64,000 nt of DNA from Squalus acanthias (Eukaryota). Numbering within the stretch: position 1 is the stretch's first letter; each line of letters opens with the position of its first letter. The notes under the pieces were generated by a model. The model worked only from the letters and a program-made list of their open reading frames with translations. It did not search any database and was not told the origin of the DNA. Below are positions 37,262 to 50,049 of this stretch, in pieces. The position numbers and the translations under genes were made by a program. The stretch covers positions 104,348,001 through 104,412,000 of the forward strand of contig CM059431.1 in assembly GCA_030390025.1 (NCBI GenBank), written 5' to 3'.

Positions 37262-37662
37262 CATAGAAACAAGGAGCAGGAGTAGGCCATTCGGCCCGTC
37301 GAGCCTGCTCCGCCATTCAATACGATCATGGCTGATCATCCAAATCCAGTACCCTGTCCCTGCTTTAATCCCCACAGTACACATATCCCACCCTACCCCC
37401 GTAACCCCACGTATTTAATTCCCCCTAACATATCCCATCCTATCCCCATAAATTTAATCCCCCCTAACACTAAGGGTCAACTTATCATAGCCAAATCAAC
37501 CTAACCCACACATTTTTGGACTGTGGGAGGAAACCGGAGCACCCGAAGGAAACCCACGCAGACACGGGGAGAATGTGCAAACTCCACACAGACAGTCACC
37601 CGAGGTCAGATTCGAACCCGGGTCTCTGGCGCTGTGAGGCACCAGTGCTAACCACTATGCCA
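37262..37662 (-). mobile_element. Full-length HE1-like V-SINE with CR1-derived tail
   Basis: Minus strand TGGCATAGTGGTTAGCACT (A box) and GGTTCGAATC (B box); V-domain-like TGTGTGGAGTTTGCACATTCTCCCCGTGTCTGCGTGGGTTTCC; 3' end shared with CR1. Confidence 0.85.
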
Positions 37663-38084
37663 TCTGGTTGGGATGTGTCAGAGTAGTTACAACTAAATAC
37701 AAAACCACCTTGTGAGATGTTCATTTTAAAGTGTAGATAGTGCCCATGCATTTCACTGCACCACCCTTAAACCTGAATATTATTACAGAGCCAACAGAAT
37801 AGTTGACTGTTCACCAACATTAAACAGTTCACCAGCAATTGAACAGCGGTAAGCAGAGCTGTCCTTTCCCTTATTTGGGGGCAACTGGAGAACATAACCC
37901 ACCATTGCCAACTCTCACCACTCTTAAAATTGTACCAGTGTAAAACCGGTGGGCCTTGCACAACAGCACCAGCTCAACCACAGGGATTATCAGCAAACTA
38001 TCTTGCCATCCCCAAATAGCTCATTATCCTCACAGTATGCACAATCATGACACCAATCCTTATCTACCGTTACGATGTAAGTGC

Positions 38085-38390
38085 CGTGTTTGATAGGGTA
38101 GATGTAGAGAAGATGTTTCCACTAGGGGCGATCAATATAAGACAGTCACCAATAAATCCAAGAGGGAATTCAGGAAAAACTTTGTTACCCAGAGAGTGGG
38201 GAGAATGTGGAACTCGCTACCACAGGGAGTGGTTGAGGCGATTAGCATAGATGCATTTAAGGGGAAGCTGGATAAGTGCATGAAAGAGGAAGGAATAGAA
38301 GGTTATGCTGATAGGGTGAGATGAAGTAAATAGAGTGGAAGGAGGTTCATGCCTGTTTCTGTGCTGTAAATTCCATGTAATTTTATGTAA
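38085..38390 (+). mobile_element. CR1 3' end
   Basis: Matches 11525-11870. Confidence 0.8.
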
Positions 38391-38554
38391 AACAGCACAG
38401 TAACTTCACAAAATATATGAGAACAGAAAATGTTGGAATTATACAGGAGGTCAGTCAGCATTTGTAAAGAGAAAAAGACAGATTATGCAAGTCCAGTTAC
38501 GTACTCTGCAGCAACTCTGTTCTGATCAGTATTGATAAAGGGTACAAACCTGTA

Positions 38555-39311
38555 GGAGGGAAAATTGAGTCGCGCCCCCTTTGGGGCACTAACTTCGCCG
38601 GGGCGCTACTTTTAGCGTCCCGAAAAAATTAGCGCCCCCGCGGCCGAAATTCATCGGTAGCACCCCAAGAGGGAGACAGGGCACTACTGGAAGTGCCCCG
38701 CCTCCCTCTTAGGGCGTTGCGAGGGAATATTGCGGCGCGAAGTGCTGCAGCACCATGCGCTGGGGCACGTCGCACGCGGTACTGCAGGTCTTCCTCCATT
38801 ATTAAAGGGGAGGGGCCTAGTGCAGCGCAACCCGAGGCCCAGCTGGGCCACCAGGGATCGGAGTGCCGGCAAAAGAGCCCGGCCCTCAAGAGAAGGGCCG
38901 GGCTCATGGAGTGCAGCCGGCACTCTGCAGGGGAGCTGGTCAGGAGGCCGGGGACGGTAACGGGGGCCAGCAAGAAAAATTGCTGCCCGGCACCTCCCCT
39001 TTAATTAGCGCCGCCCCGGCCGCAGGTAGGCCCCCCTGACCCCGTTGGACATAGCGTCCGGCGGTAAGTCAGGGGGCGCTACCAAAGATCGCGGCCGGGG
39101 TGCGAGCGGGGCGCGAGTGGGGCGCTGCACACGGCGATGACATCATCGCTGGCAGCGCAGCACTGTGGGGTGCTAACGGCTAATGCTAACCTCCCGCTGA
39201 ATTTCGCGGGAGGCGTTGGTGGCGCCGTGCCCGGGCGCTAGTTGCTTTGCGCCTCGTTAGTGCCCTCTTAGGGCGCTAACGGGAGGTGCAAAGCAACTGA
39301 ATTTTTAGGCC
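38555..39311. mobile_element. Non-autonomous Harbinger derivative with subterminal arms like the autonomous elements
   Basis: Ends GGAGGGAAAATT / AATTTTTAGGCC; perfect TSD GTA; many TAGCGCC/GGCGCTA motifs. Confidence 0.82.
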
Positions 39312-39821
39312 GTAATGTCACAACTCGCCTTTTCTCTTTACAGATGCTGATTGACCTACTGTGTCCATGTTCTGCTTTAATTTCAAATTTCCAGTTTTAC
39401 TTTTTTATTCAAGCGCATTTTATATAAGCACACACATTTGAGAGCAAAGCTTATAAACTGATTGATATCTATTATAGATAGAAATTCTTGGTTATGACAC
39501 ACACTGTGACAGATGCAACATCTTAAGAAATAAGAAAACCAGTTGTTGGCCTTGAGCCTGAGGGCTCAAAAGCAATTTACTGACCTCTATTTGACCTGAG
39601 TAATTTCCAAGCCTCTACATTTCCCTACGATATATTTACGCCACAACAATGGAGTTGCTAGTTTGCAGTATAAATCCAGTTTGCACAAATGCTACACTGT
39701 ACTGTCAATACTCCCCTAGATCCCCATAGGGAGTGCTTGAGCAGTGGCCTGAAGGAAAAAGACATGGGCCATGAATTTGCGGTCGGTATGACGGCATACT
39801 CTCAGAGTACACCGTCATATT

Positions 39822-40567
39822 GGCCCTGAATTTCCGATCGGAGGCTTCCTGCGGGCGGATGCCTCCGATCGGAAAAAAATCTACGCACTTACCTGCTGGC
39901 TCCGTAGGTCCCGGGGCTTCCGATCCTGGGCCTCTCCTCTTGGGAATGCACAGAGGCCCAGGTGTCCCAGGGGCGCACGCGGTTCGCAAGAGCCCCTGGG
40001 ATCACGTGGGCCAGCTCAACCAATGGAAGAAGGGAATCCCCATTCATACTTTTGACAGGTCCGTACGCACAGAACTGTCAAAAGTATGAATGGGGATCAC
40101 ATTTAAAAACACACTAAAACATTAAATATATATTTTTTAATTACATAATTTAAATTAATTAAAATTCCATTTAATTAAATATTTTAATTTTTTTAAATGT
40201 TTTTACAGGGCTAAAATTAAACTTACCTTCATGAAGAGTATTTTTAATTTATAAATGAGTTATCAAATTTCATTTTTCTATTTTTCAACACTCTTATGCT
40301 GGTAAAAGCAGGCCTTACGCAGGCTTTTACCAGGTGTAAGATTTTTTAAAGGTTTTCAGTGGGCGGAGGTTGTGCAGAAAGCGGAACTCTCCCCCCGCGG
40401 AGACCCTTCTCCAGGGCAGGTGGAGAATCTGTCAAGAGAATTCTTCACAGATCGCAAGTGCCGGGTTTCAGCGCGTGCGCTTCGCATACCTAAACCCAGC
40501 ACTTGCGCGGCCCCTACGGGCGCGTACACACCTCGTACATACCCGTGGGGGTCAGAAAATTCGGCCC
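39822..40567. mobile_element. Family B MITE nested in an older related fragment (about 39766-40800)
   Basis: Ends GGCCCTGAATTTC / GAAAATTCGGCCC, flanks ATT/AAT; close to 52726-53447. Confidence 0.82.
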
Positions 40568-41397
40568 AATGGCTTTGAAACTGACCACAAGTTCGGGATT
40601 TCCATTGCGCACGGGCTAAATCCTGAACTTGCGATCTGTCAAGTTCCGACTGCACATAGGCATCGCTGCATCTTTCACCTCCTCATACAAATGAACGCGC
40701 TGCCAAAAAGATTGTGCTAATTGCCGACCTCCTGCGAGGTAATTACGCTGAATAGTTTTAAGTCTGGTGCAAACAGGCGCAGGAAGCATGCTGCACAGCA
40801 TGAGGGGACTGGTATCCTGGATTCATTAACTGTCCAATATCTTTACACTCGTTTTCCATTTGGTTAACCCTAACAGTTTAAAGTCGATGGGTGATTTAGT
40901 TAATGTGAACAAACTGCGGTATTTTCATGCACACATTGGATGACCAAGGCAGTGACTTTTTTTTTTAAAAACTCATAAAAAGAAAGAAAAAGATAACTGG
41001 GACAAGGGGACAAAATGAGAATATGGGGATAAAAGTAATAAACAACTAGCATCATTTCACATTACACTAAATCCAAATTGTTAACCGGTGCCGTACAATA
41101 GGTAAATATGTCTGTTCAATTACTCGCTGCCAATGGATAGGTGTAGCTTTTCATTTTAAACCATGGGCCTACCTATTCTACACCTAATTGCCTCAACATT
41201 TCTTTGTGTAGGAAATACAGTTTGTTGACTCTGAATATTTTACAGCACCCCTGATATAAACCCCTTTACAAGTGGCCGTACGTTTCACTTCCATCACATC
41301 AAACAAGGGGCATTTTCTTCTCATCTATTAGAAAAATGTATAATTCCAAAACAGTTACTTTTAGAAGTAAGTCGATTTTAGTACCACGCGGCTGTGT

Positions 41398-41860
41398 GTG
41401 TCAGCCGTGGCTCAGTGGGCAGCACTTCTCGTCTCTGATGGTAGACAGTTGTGGATTCAAGTCCCACTCCATGAGACTTGAGCACAAAATCTCCCAGTGC
41501 AGTGCTGTGGGAGTGCTGCACTGTCGGAGGTGCCGTCTTTCAGATGAGATGTTAAACCGAGGCCCCGTCTGCTCTCTCAGATGGATGTAAAAGATCCCAT
41601 GGCACTATTTCAAAGAAGAGCAGGGGGAGTTATCCTTGGTGCCCTGGCCGATATTTACCCCTCAATCAACATCACTAAACACAGATTATCTGGTCATTAT
41701 CACAATTTTGTTTGTGGGAGCTTGCTGTGTGCAAATTGGCTGCCGTGTTTCCTACATTACAACAGTGACTACACTTGAAAAAAAAAGTACCTCATTGGCT
41801 ATAAAGCGCTTTGGGACGTCCGGTGGTCGTGAAAGGCGTTATAGAAACGCAAGTATTTCT
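41398..41860 (+). mobile_element. DeuSINE-like (SacSINE1-like) SINE, full length
   Basis: TGGCTCAGTGG A box, GGATTCAAGTCC B box, conserved core and L2-like tail. Confidence 0.82.
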
Positions 41861-42249
41861 TTTTTTCTTCTTTCTTTAAAGAAACCTCCACTTTATTTTG
41901 CATCGCAGGAAATCCTTTTCAGATCCATTCAGTGTGCCTTAAACGCTGGCTACAGTCACCTCGGGTTTCTATGACAACCAATTAAAAAAATTAAATGACC
42001 ACAAATAGATCTTACATTGTATGCTAGTGAAGTTTGCTCAATGAACACCACACTGGTCGCATTACCCCGTTTGCCCAGAGCTTCTCTTCCGGAGTATTGG
42101 ATTGGCGATTGGCTAAGAATCAGGAAGTGAAAGGAGAACCGTGCGCCCTCACACGATCCCAGTTTCGCAGACGCACAACGGTGCGCTCCTGGGCTCTGTG
42201 GGGCATTACCCTGCGCACAACTCTGCAGCATTTGAAAGCAAGTTGTTTT

Positions 42250-43075
42250 ATTTTTTAATTTGTTTATGGGATGCGGGCGTCGCTGGCAAGGCCAGCATTA
42301 TTGCCCATCCATAGTTGCCCTCGAGAAGGTGGTGGTGAGCCGCCTTCTTGAACCGCTGCAGTCCGTGTGGTGAAGGTGCTCCCACAGTGCTGTTAGGGAG
42401 GGAGTTTCAGGATTTTGACCCAGCGACGATGAAGGAATGGCGATATACTTCCAAGTCAGGATGGTGTGTGACTTGGAGGGGAACCCTGGAGGTGGTGGTG
42501 TTCTCACGCGCCTGCTGCCCTTGTCCTTCTAGGTGGTAGAAGTCGCGGGTTTGGGAGGTGCTGCCGAAGAAGCCTTGGCGAGTTGCTGCAGTGCATCTTG
42601 TAGATGGTACACACTGCAGCCACGGTACGCCGGTGGTGGAGGGAGTGAATGTTCAACATGGAGGAGCACTGATTCATCAGCCGAGGGAGGGCAGTAGGTG
42701 GTAATCAGCAGGAGGTTGCCCATGCTTGACCTGAAGCCATGAGACTTCAGGGGGTCCGGAGTCAATGTTGAGGACTCCCAGGGCCACTCCTTCCCGACTG
42801 TATACCACTGTGCCACCACCCCGGGTGGGTCTGTCCTGCCGGTGGATACAGGACATACCCAGGACTGGTGATGGAGGAATCTGGGACATTGGCTGAAAGG
42901 TATGATTCTGTGAGTATGACTATGTCAGGCTGTTGCTTGACTAGTCTGTGGGACAGCTGTCCCAATTTTGACACAAGTCCCCAGATGTTGGTGAGGAGGA
43001 CTTTGCAGGGTTGACTGGGCTGGGTGTGCCATTGCCATGTCCGTAGCCGGTGCCGAGGTCGATTTCCTTGCGACG
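42250..43075 (-). mobile_element. Internally deleted LINE: APE endonuclease N-terminus fused to the 3' end
   Basis: KVLLTNIWGL...PDIVILTESYL...DRPTRGGGTVVY...TTYCPPS joined near 42650 to HSLHHRRTVAAVCTIYKMH and an A-rich tail; no RT domain. Confidence 0.82.
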
Positions 43076-43384
43076 CCGGCGGCGTATGCCTTAGCTGTGC
43101 CACCGACCACCAATTCAGGGCCATGGTTAACAACTAAACATGGTCCAGACCACCTCTACAGAACTCCATCGAAGGAGCTCCAGTTTATTACGAAGGCTTT
43201 AGTTCACATACCAGAATGTAAGATCTCAGTAACGTGTCATCAAAGGGTTCAATTGGTCTTTTGATCTACTGTCTTCATGGAATCTCAGAAACCAAGCTTT
43301 GCACTCAGCTCAAAGCCAGAACATTGCCTGAGTCTCGTACCCATTGATACATGTGAAGTACAGTCCAGATGGGTTATAATACTC

Positions 43385-43605
43385 ATAGGAACAGGAGGAG
43401 GCTAATCAGCCCCTCGGAGCCTGTTCCACCATTCAATTAGTTCGTGGCTGATCTGTATCTTAACTCCATCCACCCGCCTTGGTTCTGTAACCCTTAATAC
43501 CCTTGCCGAACAAAAATCTAGCGATCTCAGTTTTGAAATTTTCAACTGGCCCCCCAGCCTCAACAGCTTTTTGGAGGAGCGAGTCCCATTTTTCCACTAC
43601 TCTCA
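43385..43605 (-). mobile_element. CR1 3' end
   Basis: RVVEKWDSLLQKAVEAG..FKTEIARFL. Confidence 0.75.
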
Positions 43606-44124
43606 GATTTACTAGCCTTTCTGTCACTTGCTGCGGTACTGCACTCGCTTTTATAAAAATTGTTAGAAAAATGTGCATGGCTTCTTTGGGCCTGTTCTTT
43701 TATTGATGAGAGGATTTTTTTTATCTTGTTTAAATCCACAATCTAATGGACGGCTAATAAATCTCATCTCCCACTTGGGACAAGACGGGCTTCTTTGGGC
43801 AAATGTGTCCATCTGGCCGCACAGGCAATGATATGATGAGCATTCATCTTTGCCTTCAGCTATGCTTAACTTATTTTTCAGCATCTTTATCTATTGGGAG
43901 AATTGGCATAGAACGTGGGACCATTCTTAGCAAAGGTACAACGGAGCTTGAAACTTAAATAGCCTTGGGCTCGTCAGGATTGTATGTCCTCTGATAAACT
44001 ATTGATGACAGTACAGGTCATAATATATGAATTCGAGATCACACTCCAAAATAATGTTTTATGAACAGTTCCAGCCTGCTTCAAATGCATTTTGATGAAT
44101 TATTTAATAAACATACAAAATTAT

Positions 44125-44498
44125 GGCCCGTATTTTCCGGTGCGTACGAGGTGAACACGCGCCCGTAGGGGGCCGCGCAGGTTCCGGGTTCAGGCATGCG
44201 CTGCGCTTGCGCGAAAACCCGGAACTTGCGATCTGTCGAGAATCTTCTTGACTGATCATCCACATCCCCGGGAAAAGGGTCTCTGCGGGCGGAGAGTTGA
44301 GCTGTTTCTGCCCAGCGAATGCCCGTGAAATTCTTATGCCTGGTAAAAGCAGCAGTAAGGTCTGCTTTTACCAGCGTAAGAGTTTAAATGAATATAAAAA
44401 TAATTTTTTTCTATCATTTAAACGTTAGAAAACCTATACAATAAGGTATGGTTATTTTGAGCCCATTTAAAACGTTTACATTTATTTTTCAAAATATT
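44125..44498. mobile_element. Half of a family B-related MITE
   Basis: Starts GGCCCGTATTTTCC and ends in the AT core where the next MITE begins. Confidence 0.7.
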
Positions 44499-45250
44499 GG
44501 GCCAGAAATTCGGCTCTCTGGCTTCCTGCGGGTGCAAGCATCACGCGCGTACTTACCTATCGCACCTGCCGTTGTGTTTCGGGCCCACGAGGACTTCGGG
44601 TTCTGGGCCTCCTCCAGCTGCCGGCGCGCAGTGCTTGCGTATCCCAGGGGCGCGGTTAGTTCGAAACGTCCCCTGGGATCATGTGGGCCATGGAGAGCCA
44701 ATTGTAGCAGGGCATTTTCATTCATAGATTTGACAGGAAGACCTGTCAAATCTATGAATAGAGATCGGCCCCAAAACCACACTTAAACTTCAAATATTTT
44801 TTTTTTTTAAATCACATTTTTAAAATAACTATAAGTTAAATAAATTAACTACTTTAAACAAAAATTTTAATTTTTGAAAAAATTAATTATACTTTTTAAC
44901 GGTGCTAAAAATAAACTTACCTTTCTGTAAAGTATGTAATAATGATAAACCTGTTGAAAAAATGTTTAAATTGTAATTAATTAACCACTTACCTTGTTAA
45001 AAACAGGCCTTGCGCCTCCTTTTTAAATGTGCAGCTTCTCCACGGAGAAACCTGAAAAAAAAAACGAAGTTCGCTGCGTGCGCGCAGCCTCTCCCGCGCA
45101 TGCGTTCAACTTCTGAACCCCTTCCTTCAGGGGAATGTAAGTTCCGGTTTCCCACGCATGCGCAGTGCATGCGGAAAACCAGCACTTCAGGTGGCCTTAC
45201 GGGTGAGTACACAGTGCGTACTCACCCGTGGAGAGCCGAATTTCTGGCCC
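44499..45250. mobile_element. Family B MITE
   Basis: TIR GGGCCAGAAATTCGGCTCTC perfect over 20 bp; inverted homolog of 1065-1816. Confidence 0.87.
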
Positions 45251-45289
45251 ATAGTATTGTAAATAATGGCACACACTTTGTGTTAAGAA

Positions 45290-46880
45290 TAACAGTGAGG
45301 CTGTCAGCGCTCACCGTTGTCATGGAGTAAATCGGGCAGCAACTTCTGGCGTCCGCACATGCACAGTTAAACGTGGAAATCAGGAAGTTGCTGTACGATA
45401 TGCCCTGCTCCTCCACAAGCTTCGCTAGACCGGTATCTCGCAGTTAGACTCGGCATTTAAACACATGAAGGGTGTGAAGTTGAGATACTTACCCACTAGA
45501 TACCCATTAATCATGCCAGAAAAAGTTAGGGCTTGACCATTCAGTGAAAGTGAATTTTTAACGATGTAATAAGTGATAATTACTGCCAAACAACCTCTCT
45601 AGCCCTGAAAAGTTATAGTTACAAGTCTGGAGTCTCAGTCCTTCAGAGGTGAATTATTGTTGGAGGTTTAAAAATAGTTCTAAATTAAAATAAAACTTTT
45701 TTTTCACTTTTTCTTTCTGTCTCTTTTATCTCTCGCTCTCTTAATTCCATCTTTCTTTCCCTCACTTTATTTTGCTTTCTGTACATGGTTTTACATTGAA
45801 GTAAATATTCTAACTTACACTTCCTGGTTTAGACTCTGAGGGCTGGATTTTCAATGACCCGTGGAGTCGGGTTTGGAGGCGGGCGGGGGGGTTAAAGTTG
45901 CAGATTCGGGGGTCCCGACCCCATTCTGCCTCCAACCCGCCTCCATGCCAGTTTCTCTGACGGCGGGTACCCGACCTGTGCTGAGACCCGACTCCCCGAG
46001 GCGGGAAGGGATTAGTGACAATTAACTGCCTGTTAACAGGTAGTTAACAGGCAGTTTTTTGCATAATCCTTTTTTAAAAAGAAAAGTGTGGGCTTCCCGA
46101 CAGGTGGCAACCACGGCAAGTTTTCGGGGCGGGCCGTGGGTCTGTAGGGGTTGGAGGGGTCGATATGTCCTGTGGGCAGGTGAGTGATGGGTGCATGTGT
46201 GCAGAGGTAAGTGTGTAAGGTAAGTGCTAAGTGTTGGAAAAAGTTTTACTTACCTTAACTTCCTCCTGCAGGTGTCAGCCCTTCAGTTCTCGGGAGTTAG
46301 AAATCTCACCGGCACAGAAAGCAGGAAAGCTGTGGTCCTGTCAAAAACTGCAGCCTTTTGTTTTCTGTGTTGGAATGATTTCTAACTCAGCCTGAGAGGA
46401 AGGACTAAGTTAGAAATCATATTGTGAGTGTTTGACAGCTTCACAGAGCTGTCAAACGCTGATACTTCATCTGTCAAAAGCTCTTGACAGATGAAATGTC
46501 AGTCTGTGACGTCACCTGTTGCCGGGTGGCCCTTAATTGGCCTGCTGAGCCCACTGGGCGGGCTCAACAAGGTCAATCAAGGGACAATACAGTGGGTTGG
46601 CCACATCTCGATGGAGGCGGGTTCACAAGCCAGAATGTGTGATTCCCGACCCCAACCCGACCCCAGATTCAAAATCCAGCCCTGAGTGCCTCAGTGAGGA
46701 TTCTTTAATCTGATTGGTTGAGGAGACCCGCTAATGCTCAACATGCCACAGATGACCTGCAGAGGATGCAGCGCTGGAAATGGATCTCTAGGAAATGTAA
46801 TTTTCCGCGCACAAGCCCGCGAAAAGTCTGTGAGCAACTGTAAGCGTGATGAATGGCGAGCGCCATTCCTTTGCCGCTGA
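45290..46880. mobile_element. Family A-related element split by a family C MITE
   Basis: Colinear in reverse with 6599-7287 once 45840-46682 is removed. Confidence 0.65.
45840..46682. mobile_element. Family C MITE
   Basis: TIR GGGCTGGATTTT / AAAATCCAGCCC; perfect TSD TGA. Confidence 0.85.
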
Positions 46881-47280
46881 CAACAACAACAACTTATATT
46901 TACATAGCGCCTTTAACGTAATAAAACGTCCCAAGGTGCTTAACAAAAAGTGTTATCAAAAAGAACCAAAATTTGACACCGAGCCATTTAAGGAGATGTT
47001 AGGGCAGGTGACCAAAAGCTTGGCCGAAGTGGTAGGTTTTATGGAGCGTCTTAAAGGAGGAGAAAGAGAGGTAGAGAGACGGAGAGGCTTAGGGAGGGAT
47101 TTTCAGAGTTTAGGACCTAGGCAGCTGAAGGCGCGGCCGCCAGTGGTTGGAGCGATTAAAATTGGGGATGTTCAAAAGGCCAGAATAGGCAGGGCACAGA
47201 AGTTATGGGGAATTTTAGGGCTGGAGGAGATTACAGAGATAAGGAGGGGCGAGGCCATGGAGAGATTTGAAAACAAAGAT
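46881..47280 (-). mobile_element. L2-clade LINE 3' end
   Basis: Reverse complement of the 50050-50400 type sequence with a (TTG)n tail. Confidence 0.8.
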
Positions 47281-47650
47281 CACCAGGCCATTATGTTACC
47301 ATAAAAATATAACAGTTGCCAAATCTAAGTGCACATTCAAAAGTAATGCACTAAAATCCAGCGTGTTTTCTCAATACTAGGTGTGATATTTACAGTGCAC
47401 ACTGTTTAGCAGGACACATATATCATGCTTCTATCAGGAGCAACATACGTACCCATTTATCTGCACTTCTCAAAGATACTAGACAAATATCAGTAGTTTT
47501 CTTCTCAAAACAGCATGCCTGGTTTTAAATACCCGGGCTCATAAAATCTGCAGGCTTTATTCCAGCGTCAATGGAAAGGGAGATCGAGCAATCTGTATGA
47601 GGGGCAGCCAATTGGCTCTTGATGATGGACATAATGTGGTCTTGGTGTGA

Positions 47651-49285
47651 TGTAGGGGGTGGTGGTTTGCGTCAGCTTCACCTCTGACCTCTGAGCGGTT
47701 CGAATCGCTCCCACATCCCTTGGTTCTAGACCTTGGACTTATTTGGGGGTTGTGACAAAAAGTGCAGCAGACAACTGAGTTTGATGCAAGAACTTTGATC
47801 TTTATTCAAGAGAGTAAAACACAACACAAACACTCTTAACACTTTAAAAATGGGGAACACTTCAGTACAAGCGAGGGAAATGACAGTAGAACAATACTTC
47901 ACCCCTCCCAACCCCACTTTACTAGCTAAGTTAGGCTTTGAAGGACCAGGGATAATGCTCACCAATCCTTTGACAGTTGGGCTAAATTGCGGTTATGGGG
48001 TTCGCTGTTTATGGCGGTTAGTGTCTGCCATACCCCATACGCGGTAGAGGACTTCACCTGCGTATCTGGTCAGTCTTCGCGAGTCCGCTGATGTGGTAGG
48101 ATGTCATTTTGGATTTATCTGGTGAGTACCCAATTTCTTTGGTTTAGCAGTAGGGTTTAGAGTCTTTGGGGAAAATCTTACCCAGGGGTAAGTCAGGAGT
48201 AGATTGTAGAGTGGAAACTTTGCGGTTCTTCGGGTTTTTCTTCCTTTGAGTTGGTCTTTGTTGGTCGCAGTGGCCTGCTATTACCCGGTCAGTTGGGGGT
48301 AATATGCGGTTGTTGGTTTCTTGAGGCCTTTGGTTCCCGCGATGGTTTTAGGCCTCGTCTAGTGTGTCGGTCGACCTCGTGGAGCCGTCGGTGACTTGTT
48401 GCTGCTTGTTGCTCCGGGTGACTGTGTTGGGACCGTTGTTGGAGGTCCGTCGAGGTGGTATCTTCACGAGCTGGACTCAGGTGTGTCTGAGTGGTGAGCG
48501 ATGCCGACTCGCTTCCAGCTCGGCTTGTCTTCTTCTTTGTTTCTTCTTCTTCTGATGACCCCCCTGAACTGCTTAACGGGCCTTCAATTATACTGAATTG
48601 AAGTGGCCTTATCTACCCGCCAAATCTACTCAGTTCATTTTTTGGTTTTGGCGGGCTCGTTAATCGGTAACGACTTACTAGCGTGTTAACTGGTTTTTTA
48701 ACAGGCCTTCAATCTCACCCATTGAACATAGCCTTATCTACCTGCCAAATGTGCTCAGTTCATTGTTTGATTTTGGTGGGCCCGTTACCATTAACTGCTC
48801 TGTAAGTGTCAAATGGCTTTTGGGATGGCTTGCATCCTGTCGATCTCCTTGGTTGATCACTGGTGATTGATTTCATGTTTGGGTTTCTAGGCTGGACTCA
48901 GTCTTTCTATAGAATGGTCCTGAGTGGGTTTTATTATGCATGTTTCTGATGGGCCCTGTAATCGGTTTTGATGGGGCCTGTATTTTGGGTGGGACTGTCT
49001 TCTCCCAGGGTCTATTGTTCAAATGTTAATGTCTGCTGGGGCTTGAGTGAGGTCATCCCGGTTCCCCAGACAGTGTCATTAACTGCAATAGCCAAACTGC
49101 TTTTACAGAGGTCGAACCCACCTCCTTGTCCCTTTACAGGCCCAGACATGGTTTTAAAATGCCAAAACTTGGTTTTTGGTCTTATATTCCTTAGGTTAGG
49201 CCCAAATGCATTTTTATCACTCTGAGGTAGTTCCAAAGTCCTTTTTCCTTAGGTTTTGGGGATCTGCAAATTTTGGAAACCTTAC
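47651..49285 (-). mobile_element. Solo LTR inserted in a minisatellite
   Basis: TGTAGGGG...CCTTACA ends; perfect TSD GTGA; homologous to 19059-20303 and 24927-26731. Confidence 0.88.
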
Positions 49286-49795
49286 AGTGATGGACACAAT
49301 GTGGTCTTGGTGTGATGGACATAATGTGGTCTTGGTGTGATGGACACAATGTGGTCTTGGTGTGATGGACACAATGTGGTCTTGGTGTGATGGACATAAT
49401 GTGGTCTTGGTGTGATGGACACAATGTGGTCTTGGTGTGATGGACACAATGTGGTCTTGGTGTGATGGACACAATGTGGTCTTGGTGTGATGGACATAAT
49501 GTGGTCTTGGTGTGATGGACATAATGTGGTCTTGGTGTGATGGACACAATGTGGTCTTGGTGTGATGGACACAATGTGGTCTTGGTGTGATGGACATAAT
49601 GTGGTCTTGGTGTGATGGACATAATGTGGTCTTGGTGTGATGGACACAATGTGGTCTTGGTGTGATGGACACAGTGTGGTCTTGGTGTGATGGACATAAT
49701 GTGGTCTTGGTGTGATGGACATAATGTGGTTTTTGGTGTGATTGACACAATGTGGTTTTTGGTGTGATGGACATAATGTGGTTTTTGGTATGATT
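49286..49795. repeat. 25-bp minisatellite, about 20 units (one more unit at 47626-47650)
   Basis: TGGACA(C/T)AATGTGGTCTTGGTGTGA repeated head to tail with no spacers. Confidence 0.95.
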
Positions 49796-50049
49796 GATGT
49801 ACACTAGGCACAAGACTTCTACCTGATCAGAACTGGATGCAGTATTAAAGAACAGCATACAGTTTGATCATTACCTCTTCTGACTTGTATTCTACTGTTT
49901 TTGCAATGTAATTTGACATCCTATTAGTTTTGTTGATCTGTATTACTTGGACATATTCAGCGTTAAGTCTTCTGAGACTCCTAGGTCACTTTCAGCTTCA
50001 TTCTTAGCTACTTCAATGCCATTTATGAAATACGTGTGTTGTTTTCAAA

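Noticed and set aside
37590..37662. tRNA genes
   Set aside because: All A/B-box sequences here are heads of SINEs that continue into SINE bodies.
49191..49858. His-rich repetitive ORFs and a CRISPR-like appearance
   Set aside because: Contiguous 25-bp units with no unique spacers and no cas genes; the ORFs arise because the unit lacks stops on the minus strand.
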